Shown: positions 30,205-39,548 of the stretch, one piece after another
Position numbering within the stretch: the first letter of the stretch is position 1
Layout of the letters: every line of letters starts with the position of its first letter
Source: an uncultured Spirochaetota bacterium
GTDB lineage: Bacteria; Spirochaetota; UBA4802; UBA5550
Assembly (NCBI GenBank): GCA_963827275.1
Contig: CAWHAA010000007.1
Span: forward strand, 192,001-256,000
DNA: 64,000 nucleotides
Reading direction: 5' to 3'
Made by a program: the position numbers and the translations under genes
The notes under the pieces: model-generated
The model's input: only the letters and a program-made list of their open reading frames with translations
The model's database searches: none
Told to the model about the DNA's origin: nothing

Positions 30205-30618
30205 ATGACTGCACAGGGAACCACTCCGCTTTCAGGGACACCGCTCAACGACGTTGATTTCGCGTCACGGCTGGTCCGCGTACCGAAGGGGGCCGGGTCG
30301 CCGGGGGGACCGGCGGCGGGATCCTTCAAGAAAGTCCTTGCCGAGACCATTAATGGCGGCGGCGCTCCCCGGTCAACCGCCGGGGCGAAACAGGACAAGC
30401 GGCTCTGGGACGCCTGCATAGAGATGGAGTCGATCCTTGTCGGGAAGATGCTCAAGGAGATGCGGAAAACGGTGAACAAGAGCGGCTGGCTGAACGGCGG
30501 CTTCGCCGAGGAGATATTCGAGGACATGCTCTACGATGAATACGCCATGAACATGTCGCGCAACTCGAACCTGGGCATGGCGAAGATGCTGTACGAAGAA
30601 TTGAAGAGAAAGGTATAG
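30205..30618 (+). CDS. flgJ: Rod-binding FlgJ (no muramidase domain)
   Basis: LWDACIEMESILVGKMLKEMRKTV...AEEIFEDMLYDEYA...LGMAKMLYEEL. Confidence 0.88.
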   Translation: MTAQGTTPLSGTPLNDVDFASRLVRVPKGAGSPGGPAAGSFKKVLAETINGGGAPRSTAGAKQDKRLWDACIEMESILVGKMLKEMRKTVNKSGWLNGGFAEEIFEDMLYDEYAMNMSRNSNLGMAKMLYEELKRKV

Positions 30619-30627
30619 CGCGCCGCG

Positions 30628-31080
30628 TCAGCGGCACAGGTCGCCGTATTTTTTCAGGGTCCGGGGGCAGTACGCTGCGAGCGCCGGGCCGGAGAGGCGG
30701 TCCATGCGGACCGCTTTTTTGCCTTCCACGGAATATTCCCTTTCGACAATCACACTATATTCTTCGTCGCATTGAATCTTTTCGAGCATGATCTTCGTCC
30801 CCGCTGAATCCCGCGCCGCGTCGAGCGGCATCAGCGTCCCGTTTTTCGTCGCCTGGCGGTATTTTCCCGGGTCGGAATATTCCCACGAGGTGATCTCCTC
30901 GAGGTCATGCTCGGTCTGGCATATGTAGAGCTTCATGACCTGGTCGAGGCAGAACGCCGGCGCGGCGAGCAGGAGCGCAACTGCGGCACGCCGGGCGAAG
31001 CTGGATATGCATGAGATTGTCGAATTCATCACCTGCACCATTGATGCTCTATATACATCACGGCAATTCTGCCGCGTCAA
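30628..31080 (-). CDS. Hypothetical exported protein (start uncertain, probably further downstream)
   Basis: Signal-like RRAAVALLLAAPAFC; host-like codon usage. Confidence 0.55.
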   Translation of the reverse strand: MTRQNCRDVYRASMVQVMNSTISCISSFARRAAVALLLAAPAFCLDQVMKLYICQTEHDLEEITSWEYSDPGKYRQATKNGTLMPLDAARDSAGTKIMLEKIQCDEEYSVIVEREYSVEGKKAVRMDRLSGPALAAYCPRTLKKYGDLCR

Positions 31081-31331
31081 GGTATTTTAATGCACAGGGA
31101 AAACGCATACTCATAGGGTGGGGCCTGTGCGACTGAATCTGTTTTATCTGAGCCGGCAACCTCTCAGATAAGACCCTTCCCGGCACAAAAAGCGCCGGAC
31201 AGTGATTAAGATTTTATGCACCGTTCCACTGAACGCCGGAGGGTTTGCCCGCGGGTGTCCAGTTTATCGCGCCCTTCGGGGACGAGGCGTCTTTTTTCCG
31301 CCTGGCGGCCTGGCTCGAAGGGGCGGGGCTT

Positions 31332-32105
31332 CTATATTTTCTTTCCAATATAAAATACATATCCATAATAATCTTTATATTTATCATAAAGTAGGGCATG
31401 GTGTTTTTCGTATTTTATAAATTCTTCCGCTGATTTATTACCTTTGTATTTATCCAAAAATGCTTTTTGTGCCGTTATTCCTGGCTTAAAGAAATTTTCA
31501 GTCCAGCAAACCTCCGGCAATATAAATGATGCCACAACAATATAGCCTGCTTTTTGCATTTGAGCAATTTTATTTGGAATGGTGTCTATCTCAGGATATG
31601 CTTCATTCCAAAAATCAAATATTTCTTTTGGCCGTTCTTCTGTAAACCATGATGCTTCAGTTACGGCAATGTAGCCGCCTTTTTTTAAAAACTTTTTCCA
31701 ATAATTCATGCCTTTTTCAAAGCCAATATTATATATTGCTCCTTCACTCCAGATAAGGTCTAATTCATTTAATTGAAAATCAAGTTTATCCATTGAACCA
31801 ATGACGCCTTTAACTCTGCTTTGAAGATTCAATTTTTTTGCATTGTCATTTAATTTTTCTATAAAACCAGGAAACAAATCAATGCCTGTAATATTCCCCG
31901 GAATGTTTTGAGCCAAAACTATAGTTTGACCTCCTGTACCACAACCAAGATCAACAATGCTTGATTTTTCGTCGATATTGTCAATAAAGCTCAATGCTTT
32001 TATTGTTGCTTCACGGCTTCCCGGGCCTTGACGCTCCATGCTGGAAAAATATTCGCAAATTAATGCAATATCAAAATCGTGAATAGTATGCTCTTCGCCG
32101 CTCAT
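31332..32105 (-). CDS. Class I SAM-dependent methyltransferase, AT-rich
   Basis: GGAGGT RBS before ATG 32105; [27 protein letters not shown] and [11 protein letters not shown] motifs. Confidence 0.92.
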   Translation of the reverse strand: MSGEEHTIHDFDIALICEYFSSMERQGPGSREATIKALSFIDNIDEKSSIVDLGCGTGGQTIVLAQNIPGNITGIDLFPGFIEKLNDNAKKLNLQSRVKGVIGSMDKLDFQLNELDLIWSEGAIYNIGFEKGMNYWKKFLKKGGYIAVTEASWFTEERPKEIFDFWNEAYPEIDTIPNKIAQMQKAGYIVVASFILPEVCWTENFFKPGITAQKAFLDKYKGNKSAEEFIKYEKHHALLYDKYKDYYGYVFYIGKKI

Positions 32106-32182
32106 TTTGTTTACCTCCAGGAACTCCATGATAGTATGGTGTATTATTATATACAATATATTTTTACGGTGACATGGATGTC

Positions 32183-32290
32183 GCCTCTTGAGCGGCGGGT
32201 ACTGGTAATTCACCCCGGAGGACTTGTGGCAGTCCCGGCACTGCCAGCCCGGCAGGCCGCTGCAATTATGCGTCGTGGTGTCCCATGTAT
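32183..32290 (-). pseudogene. Gene fragment carrying a CxxCH (c-type heme) motif
   Basis: [33 protein letters not shown]; nearly all codons end in G/C, within AT-rich flanks. Confidence 0.4.
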
Positions 32291-32572
32291 AATGCAATCC
32301 ATTAATACATATGAAAAAGCATCTTCGTAGGTTGCAGCCTATGCAACTGAAATCGTTTTATCCAAACCAGCCAGCTTTCAAATAAGGCACTTTATAAAAA
32401 AAGCCCTGGACAGGGGCCTTGTCGTTGGCAGGGGCGCTCGCGTCGGGGGCCAGTGGGCGTGAGAAAAATGATTATATACAATGCAAAATACTGGACAGGA
32501 AAGGCGATTATGGACTAAAAGATTTGCATCCTTTCGTAAAGAAGCCGTAGTGCTGCAAGGGGATATCGCGCC

Positions 32573-33571
32573 ATGGGCCTGTTCAAAAGCCTGTTCGGGA
32601 AAAAGATCATCATCGTCATACATGGCCTTGAAAACAAACCGCCGCAGGGCCTGCTTGAAACATGGTGCAAAAAATCGGTCCGCGAGGGGCTCCGGAACAT
32701 AGGCCGGCCGGGCCTGCCCTTTACCCTGAAGCTCGTATACTGGGCGGACCTGATGCATGAAATGCCGCAGGACCCCTCGGTCAGGGATAAAAAGAGCGCT
32801 GCCTTTCTCGATGATCCGTACCTGCCGGGGGACCCCGCCGCGTACGGGTCATTTGCGCCGAGCACAATCAAGAAGAACCTCCTGGACAAGCTTGAAAAGA
32901 AGCTCGATGCCATGTACTTCGACGAAAAGAGCTTCATTAATTTCGACAAGTTCGCGAACATCCTGGTCCGGAGGCTCTTCCGGGACCTGGACTGCTATTA
33001 TCACCGGGACTGTCCCGTAACACGGTTCCGCGGGATGCTCGCGCGGGACGCCATCCGCATGCGCCTTGCGGAGGTCCTGCGCCGCTTCGGGGACAAGGAG
33101 ATACTGCTCGTGGCCCATTCGATGGGGACGATCATATCATACGACGTGCTCATGCAGACGACGCCTGACGTGACGATCAACACCCTGGTAACCATCGGAT
33201 CGCCGCTGGGGATGCCGCTGATACTCAAGAAGATATTGCTGGAGCAGGGGAGGGACTACCGGAAGGAGCGGAAACCGGTCACGCCGGAAAACATTCTCCA
33301 TGCCTGGCATAATTTTTCCGATCTTGACGATCCGGTGGCCATCAATTACAACCTGGCGGATGATTACCAGGCCAGCTCGCGCGGCATCGCGCCGCGTGAC
33401 GCGATCGTGTACAATAATTACGTCATTGACGGGAAGCGGGACCCCCACAAGCTCTACGGCTACCTGCGCGCGCCGGAGGTTTCGCGGGCGATATACGATT
33501 TCTGCATGGCGGGCAGGTCCCCGGCGGTGAACAGGCTCTTGCAGGGGATCGGGAAGATCTTCCGCTTCTAA
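32573..33571 (+). CDS. Alpha/beta-hydrolase-like protein
   Basis: IVIHG, VAHSMG nucleophile elbow, LVTIGSPL, D-P-V and PH..YGYL motifs. Confidence 0.75.
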   Translation: MGLFKSLFGKKIIIVIHGLENKPPQGLLETWCKKSVREGLRNIGRPGLPFTLKLVYWADLMHEMPQDPSVRDKKSAAFLDDPYLPGDPAAYGSFAPSTIKKNLLDKLEKKLDAMYFDEKSFINFDKFANILVRRLFRDLDCYYHRDCPVTRFRGMLARDAIRMRLAEVLRRFGDKEILLVAHSMGTIISYDVLMQTTPDVTINTLVTIGSPLGMPLILKKILLEQGRDYRKERKPVTPENILHAWHNFSDLDDPVAINYNLADDYQASSRGIAPRDAIVYNNYVIDGKRDPHKLYGYLRAPEVSRAIYDFCMAGRSPAVNRLLQGIGKIFRF

Positions 33572-34749
33572 CGTATGCCGGTTGTGAGGCTGTTCAGCAC
33601 CGCCTCCAGCCGCCCCTTCGTGGCGAGGGCGTTCGGCAGTGAAAGGATGAGCTCCACTGAATCATCATTCCCCGTAATCAGCAGAAAAAACGGCACGTAG
33701 TCGCTGAGGGGCGGAATGCAGTAGAATGCCGTTGCCTCGAACCCCCCGCCCCGGATGAGCTTGAGGGGGATCCTGCCGACGTTCGACAGCGCGCCTGAAA
33801 TGCTGTATATGCCCCGCTTTTTCCTCGCGTTGATGACCTTCCGGGCGGCGATGTCAAGCATCCATATCGGGACGTAGCGTATCAGGTCATCGCCTTTCGT
33901 GAGCAGGCCGTCTCGCTTCTCCTCCAGCTGCCGGGCTATATCGGCGGACACCTGCTCGGGCGTGGTGTCTTTTTTTACTTCGATGTAGATAGCGAATGTC
34001 AGGTTTGCCGTGGAGAGCAGGCCGGGCTGGTGGTGGCGCATATCGGCCGGGATCGCGAACCGCACGACGCCGTCGGAATATTTCCATGCTTCACGCGCGA
34101 CGATTACGGCGATCTGGCCGAGCAGGTCGTGCGGACGGCCCTTTAGTGTGACCCGCCGCCAGATGAAGCCTGGCTCGTTCCCGTCCGCGAGGCCCGTGGG
34201 CGGTATGTGCTCCGTCGGATAGGGGGTCCGGAACCCGGACTCGAAGCTTTTCGCCAGCTCCATGTCGGTAATGGCCGAGCGGGAACCGAGACACGGCTCT
34301 CCGCGGAGGGCGCGCATGATATCGAAGATCCAGGTAAAGGAGCCGCCGCCGTCCATGACTGCGTGGTGGGTCCTGAAGATCACGCGCGGGGTTGTCGCGT
34401 CCGGGAGCAGCAACACCTCGCAGGTGGGGCCTTTTTTCAGGTCAAGCGGCTTCTTTAAAAATGGCGCATTCTCCCATCCGTTCCCCGACCAGCCGGAGTT
34501 TTTGATCTCGATAACGGGCGGCGTCACGCTGGAATCAACCCAGCGGCAGGAGCCGAGGACGCCGCGCAGGACGACGCGGCTTCCCGGGTTGGCCTCGGAG
34601 GCCGCTGCAACCGCGGCCCTCCACAGGTCAACGTCCAGCACGCCTTTTCCCTCGAAGATTCCCTGGTTCATCATGGGAGGTGAGAGCCTGTTCGCCACGA
34701 CGAACATGCGCTCGTTGAAAGATAATTTCCTTGTGTACTTCGCGTCCAT
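33568..34749 (-). CDS. Stand-alone condensation-domain / CoA-dependent acyltransferase (paralog 3)
   Basis: RTHHAVMDGGG, IPADMR, ANL and LSNVG (PapA5/alcohol acyltransferase-like). Confidence 0.85.
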   Translation of the reverse strand: MDAKYTRKLSFNERMFVVANRLSPPMMNQGIFEGKGVLDVDLWRAAVAAASEANPGSRVVLRGVLGSCRWVDSSVTPPVIEIKNSGWSGNGWENAPFLKKPLDLKKGPTCEVLLLPDATTPRVIFRTHHAVMDGGGSFTWIFDIMRALRGEPCLGSRSAITDMELAKSFESGFRTPYPTEHIPPTGLADGNEPGFIWRRVTLKGRPHDLLGQIAVIVAREAWKYSDGVVRFAIPADMRHHQPGLLSTANLTFAIYIEVKKDTTPEQVSADIARQLEEKRDGLLTKGDDLIRYVPIWMLDIAARKVINARKKRGIYSISGALSNVGRIPLKLIRGGGFEATAFYCIPPLSDYVPFFLLITGNDDSVELILSLPNALATKGRLEAVLNSLTTGIR

Positions 34750-34818
34750 GAATTAACCCTCCATCATGATATCCATATCTGTGTTTGTTTGTTATGGATG
34801 GCGGAACCCGCGGTATCG

Positions 34819-36009
34819 TCAGGCAGAATCAAGGCCGGCGATTATATTGTTAATGGCCGTTTCCAGCCTTCCTTCTGTCGACAGGTTGCGCGGCATGTTG
34901 ATGAGGAGCTCGCTCCTGTCACCCGCGCCCGAGAGGGTCATCATGAAAGGTATCATGGGCGCGATAAGGGGGACGGCGAAGAACGTCTCGGCCCTGAATC
35001 CATCGCACGAGAATTTTTCAACCTCCACCCGCCCGAGGTTCGATATGAATCCGGAAAAGCGGTACCGGCCGGATTTCGCGTTGCGGGCCCCTTCCATCTC
35101 GATGCCTTTTTGAAAAAGCCGGATGGGAACATGCTTCGCGAGGGTGTCTTCCCAGGTGACCTCTCCGTCATAGAGGTTCGTGACCCGGCTGTTGATTTCA
35201 GCCGCAAGCGCGTCAACGCCGGTCCCGGGGTCGATGTCGATATAGATGGCATTGGCGAGGTTGCTGGTTGAGCGGAGGCCCTCCCGCCGGTACCTGAGGT
35301 CAACCGGTATGCCTATGCGGACGTTCCCGTCGCCGTGACGGCGCGCTTCGCGCGCCGTCAGCAGCATCACCCGCGCGAGCAGCCGGGGCTGTCTGCCCAT
35401 GATTGTCCTCCGTTTCCACGCAGGGCTCGTGTCGTTCCCGACGGCCTTTCCCGCGAGGGGGAGGTAGGTGTGCGGGAGGGGATTTTTTCTTTTTCCCCAC
35501 TGCACGTTGAGGAGATCGATCTCGGTCATGAGGAATTCCGCGCCGAGCGGCTTCTCGCCCCTGAGGACGCGGAAGATGTCCTCTGCCCAGGTCATGGTGC
35601 CGCGCCCGTCCATTATCGCGTGATGGCTCCTGAACGCGACGCGCGCCGGGTGCCCCTGTATCAGCACGACTTCGCAGTTGGGCCCTTTTCTGACCGGGAA
35701 GCTGCTCTGGAGAAAGGGGGCGCCGTCGGACCCCGTCCCGTCCCACGCGCTCCCGTCCGCTTCCCGCACGGTCGGGGTTATTCCCGAGTCAATCCATCTT
35801 TCCCTGCCCGGCAGGCCCCTGAGGACGATCCTGCTGCCGGGGTTCGCTTCAGAAGCGGTCCGTGCCGCCTCCTTCCAGTTCTTGAGGTCGAACCGTCCGG
35901 TCCCCTCGTAGATCATCTGGTTCACGCAGGGAGGAGAAGCGCGGTCCGCCGCGAGATAGAGGCGCATCGAAGCCGAGAGCGGCCTGTATTTCTGATCCGG
36001 TCTTTTCAT
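34819..36009 (-). CDS. Stand-alone condensation-domain / CoA-dependent acyltransferase (paralog 2)
   Basis: RSHHAIMDGRG, IPVDLR, SNL and ISNLG. Confidence 0.85.
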   Translation of the reverse strand: MKRPDQKYRPLSASMRLYLAADRASPPCVNQMIYEGTGRFDLKNWKEAARTASEANPGSRIVLRGLPGRERWIDSGITPTVREADGSAWDGTGSDGAPFLQSSFPVRKGPNCEVVLIQGHPARVAFRSHHAIMDGRGTMTWAEDIFRVLRGEKPLGAEFLMTEIDLLNVQWGKRKNPLPHTYLPLAGKAVGNDTSPAWKRRTIMGRQPRLLARVMLLTAREARRHGDGNVRIGIPVDLRYRREGLRSTSNLANAIYIDIDPGTGVDALAAEINSRVTNLYDGEVTWEDTLAKHVPIRLFQKGIEMEGARNAKSGRYRFSGFISNLGRVEVEKFSCDGFRAETFFAVPLIAPMIPFMMTLSGAGDRSELLINMPRNLSTEGRLETAINNIIAGLDSA

Positions 36010-37208
36010 TTGGGTGGCGCGGGCTTCATCCCTTCTTTAATTTTATTTACCATGGCATCAAGGCGACCGTTGTTTGCCAGGACCTTGGGAACGCTGATTA
36101 TCATTACAAACTTGTTTAACTCGGTATTCCTTGCCATCCCGCAGAAGAAGGGGATAACATCAACGCAGGGCGGGATTCCCAGCCCGTTATTGGGCATGAA
36201 ACCGCCGCCGGCGAAGATTTTGTGGGGGATCTCCTGCATGTTTGATATGACGCCGGAATTCCGATACAGCCCTGTCTTTTTTTTCGTCTCTATTTCATTC
36301 AGTAATCCCTTGCGAATCACCGACATCGGCATGTAGCGCACCATCTGGTCTGCCCAGTATAGTTCGCCGTCCCGTTTTTCCTCAAGCTGCTTCTTGACGA
36401 TCTGCGTGACGTCTTCAGGGGTCGTGTTTTTTTCGATTTCAACATACATGAAATTTGTCAGGTTTCCGAGCGACAACTCGGCGGGCTTCCGCGGCCGCAT
36501 GTCCACCGGGATGGCGATGCGCACCGGTCCATCGGCATGGCTCCAGGCCTCACGCGCCATGATGACCGCGAGCTGTCCTACCGCGTTGGGAAACTTGGGA
36601 ATATCAAAGGTGAATCTCCGCCAGGTGTAGCCGCGCTCGTCCCCGGAGGGTTTGCCGGTTGGAGAGAGATACTTGTGAGGGGGCGGGACCCTTCCGTTTT
36701 GCTGGAAACTTTTCGCGATCTCGTATTCCGTGATTTTTGAGTTGAAGCCTATCGGGGCCTCGCCCCGTAATCCCTGGGTGATGGCGAATAGAAAGTTGAT
36801 CGTTCCCCTGCCGTCCATTACCGCGTGCATGGTGCGGATGGCCACCCTGAGGGGATTGCCGTGAATGAGGACTAATTCACAGGTGGGCCCTTCATACGGG
36901 TCAAGGGGGTCAAGCAGGAAGGGGGCGCCTTCGGGGCTCAGGCCGTCCCATTTTGATCCGTCAACTTCACGTACGCGCGGGGTTTTTCCCGAATCCACCC
37001 ACCGGGTGAAATTCAGCTTTCCTTTTAGTACCAGTCTGCTGCCCGGATTTGCGGCTGAAGCGACCTCTACGGCTTTTTGCCACAATTTAAGATCAAGTAC
37101 TCCCGTGCCTTCCATTATTATCTGGTTCGCAAACGGCGGACATTCTTCGGCGTTAATGATATAAGTACGCTCTGTCGGAGTGAGTTCCCTGGTGAATTTT
37201 TCTGTCAT
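36006..37208 (-). CDS. Stand-alone condensation-domain / CoA-dependent acyltransferase (paralog 1)
   Basis: RTMHAVMDGRG, IPVDMR, GNL and ISNM. Confidence 0.85.
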   Translation of the reverse strand: MTEKFTRELTPTERTYIINAEECPPFANQIIMEGTGVLDLKLWQKAVEVASAANPGSRLVLKGKLNFTRWVDSGKTPRVREVDGSKWDGLSPEGAPFLLDPLDPYEGPTCELVLIHGNPLRVAIRTMHAVMDGRGTINFLFAITQGLRGEAPIGFNSKITEYEIAKSFQQNGRVPPPHKYLSPTGKPSGDERGYTWRRFTFDIPKFPNAVGQLAVIMAREAWSHADGPVRIAIPVDMRPRKPAELSLGNLTNFMYVEIEKNTTPEDVTQIVKKQLEEKRDGELYWADQMVRYMPMSVIRKGLLNEIETKKKTGLYRNSGVISNMQEIPHKIFAGGGFMPNNGLGIPPCVDVIPFFCGMARNTELNKFVMIISVPKVLANNGRLDAMVNKIKEGMKPAPPK

Positions 37209-37362
37209 GCTATTGTCTCCCTGGCTTTAGGTAGTAGTGCGCTATAAGCGGTTCATCCGGTGACGTGTTCCAACGATAATCGATCGCGGCACGTGCGGTG
37301 CCGCGGAGGGCATGCGCCATCCCCTGATACAGAGGGGAGGGGCCTGCGTCCGGCCCTGCGGG

Positions 37363-38415
37363 CTATTGTGCGGTGTTCCTCCTGTCGGTCATGCGGCGGT
37401 CCGAAGACCTCCTCTCGGTCTTGTTGTCCCACGTGCCGCCGGTCCGCCGGTCGGCGGTCCTTCTGTCCGATATCCGCCTGTCGCCGAACCTGCCGTCGAT
37501 AAGGCGCACCCTGGTCAGCTTCGGGTTGGCCAGGAGGCGCTTCTTTCTCCTGAACAGGCCAAGCCGCTCGTTGAAAAAGGCCTTCCTGCCGAAGGAGATG
37601 AGCGCCAGGAGCAGGAAAAGCCTGTTGGCCCCCATCATTGTTGTCATGTACATGTATGCCCACGCGTCGCCGCGCTCCTTGTGGTCAAATTCGGGCGGCA
37701 TGAGCTTCTTCACTCCCTCCTGGATCTGGAACTTCTTTTTCGTCCAGTCCAGGTGCTGCGATCCGGGAAAGAGGTTTTTTACGCAGAAGGGGTAGTCCGG
37801 ATTGACAAGGGACATGCTGTATTTTTCCAGGTACGCGTGATGGATGCTGACCAGTTCCTTCGAGGGATGGTACGAGTTGTCGTATTTCTTCTTGTTCCAG
37901 TAGGAGTTGCGATAGTAGCTGTTCATCACCTGCGGGTTCGCAGAGATGGAGACATAGATGAATTTCCTGATCGATTTTCCCAGGTCAAGCTTCTTCATGA
38001 AATAGAGGAAGGCCGTGGTCACGATATGGAGGGCGAGATCGGAGCCCTGGCACTCCTTGAGTACCATGGTCTCATCATTGGTGAAGAAGCAGTAATCGTT
38101 AATGAGCAGGAGGGAAACCAGGCAGAAGGCAACCACCCGTCCGTCCTTCTCCGTGTAGATGAGGAGGGTGCTTTTTTTCAGGTATTCGTAGAAATTTTCC
38201 TGTGCCGTCCAGGTGCTTTTTTCAACCTGCTCACACGCGCTGATGATGCCCTCGAGCCTGCTGAAGTCGGCGCTGCTCAGGTCGATGCCGTAATAATTGA
38301 ACCCTTTGTTCTGGACTAAAAAATAATCACGGCTGGTGATAGGCTCCTGTTCGGGTTGCAGCACCTCCGGTTCAATCGTTTGAACTGCGGCGTCATGCAC
38401 TAATTGTATTTTCAT
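37363..38415 (-). CDS. Hypothetical protein, GNAT-like core with C-terminal DRR-repeat tail
   Basis: IYTEKDGRVVAFC...MVLKECQGSDLA (motif A-like); tail GDRRISDRRTADRR...ERRSSDRRMTDRR. Confidence 0.6.
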   Translation of the reverse strand: MKIQLVHDAAVQTIEPEVLQPEQEPITSRDYFLVQNKGFNYYGIDLSSADFSRLEGIISACEQVEKSTWTAQENFYEYLKKSTLLIYTEKDGRVVAFCLVSLLLINDYCFFTNDETMVLKECQGSDLALHIVTTAFLYFMKKLDLGKSIRKFIYVSISANPQVMNSYYRNSYWNKKKYDNSYHPSKELVSIHHAYLEKYSMSLVNPDYPFCVKNLFPGSQHLDWTKKKFQIQEGVKKLMPPEFDHKERGDAWAYMYMTTMMGANRLFLLLALISFGRKAFFNERLGLFRRKKRLLANPKLTRVRLIDGRFGDRRISDRRTADRRTGGTWDNKTERRSSDRRMTDRRNTAQ

Positions 38416-38454
38416 CAATCCCCCCTCATGTGCCTTGGTCGCGGTACCGTTCAG

Positions 38455-39543
38455 CTACGCGTGCTTCCCGCGGACGGTTCTTTTCCTGAAAAGAAGAATG
38501 GCCTTCGAGAAAACCCTGTAATGCGCGTACAGGTAATCCGCACGGGGATATCTCCCCGGCTCATTGCTGTTCCGCCATGTCCTGAATGACAATGCCCTGT
38601 AGATACGGCTCGTGCCGGTGATCGCGCCGGTAAAATAGAATGGAAGGGTGTCCGGCTCGCGCTGCGGTATGTCGTACATGACGATGCCCGGGACCATGTC
38701 CTTGAATTTCCTGTAACCGCTTTTGTTGTCACGGTATTTTTTGAAAAGAGAATCAAGCTGGCCAAGCGTTTTAGCGCTGCTGCCCTCGCTCGCGTAAAAC
38801 CTCGATTCGTCGATCTTGATGCCGTATGCCCCTTTATAGATGAGAACATTGAGAAAATCATTGAACTTCATCACTGCCAGGGCCCCGAGAGAAAATCCGC
38901 TTTCCCACCAGGCGCCCGCCATCCGGACGGCATTGTCAAGAAATAACGCGAAAGATCCCTCGCGCTGCCGGTCATGCTCCCTCTGGTGCATCACCATTCT
39001 TGCATGGATCGAAGCGTTGTTGGTGCCGATGGCGCCGCCCTCATAATTGATGTTTTTCTTAATAAAGCTGAAAAGGGCGAAATCGCCATAGGTGCCGAGC
39101 TGCTTCCCCTTGTAGAAGGAAAACGGGGCGTGCGCCAGGTCCTCGATGACCAGCAGGTTGTGCCTCCTGGCGATTGCGCAGATCGTGTCAATCTGCGCCG
39201 CCACGCCGTAGGTATGCACCACGTAGATTGCCTTGGTGCGGGGTGTTATCGCCCTGCGTATCTTTTCCGGGTCGATATTGATCCCCTCGTCCTCCGCGTC
39301 AACAGGGACCGGTGTGATCCCGCTTTCTTCAACGGTATGCCTGATGATTGAGCAGGTGAAAGCGGGCACGATCATTTCCGATGACCTGTCCCAGCGCATT
39401 GCTTTTATGAGCAGGAAGAGACCGTTCCTCGCATATCCCGTGATGACAAAGTGCTTTAACGGGACCAGCTCTGAAAGCTTTTCCTGCAGGGCGCGTTCCG
39501 CGGACATGCCGTTGACGCTGCTTTCAATCTTAAAGCTTATCAT
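38455..39543 (-). CDS. DegT/DnrJ/EryC1/StrS family PLP-dependent aminotransferase
   Basis: IVPAFTC, ITPRTKAIYVVHTYG, VIEDLAHA and GTYGDFALFSFIKKNINYEGGAI; start MISFK at 39543. Confidence 0.85.
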   Translation of the reverse strand: MISFKIESSVNGMSAERALQEKLSELVPLKHFVITGYARNGLFLLIKAMRWDRSSEMIVPAFTCSIIRHTVEESGITPVPVDAEDEGINIDPEKIRRAITPRTKAIYVVHTYGVAAQIDTICAIARRHNLLVIEDLAHAPFSFYKGKQLGTYGDFALFSFIKKNINYEGGAIGTNNASIHARMVMHQREHDRQREGSFALFLDNAVRMAGAWWESGFSLGALAVMKFNDFLNVLIYKGAYGIKIDESRFYASEGSSAKTLGQLDSLFKKYRDNKSGYRKFKDMVPGIVMYDIPQREPDTLPFYFTGAITGTSRIYRALSFRTWRNSNEPGRYPRADYLYAHYRVFSKAILLFRKRTVRGKHA

Positions 39544-39548
39544 GCCCG

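Noticed and set aside
31200..31331. Integron attC site after the methyltransferase
   Set aside because: No RYYYAAC...GTTRRRY core pair in the right place and no integrase gene.
31092..32300. c-di-GMP-I, SAM or cobalamin riboswitch around the methyltransferase
   Set aside because: Only short fragments (GCACAGGG, GGGCAAACC) match; the consensus architecture is absent.
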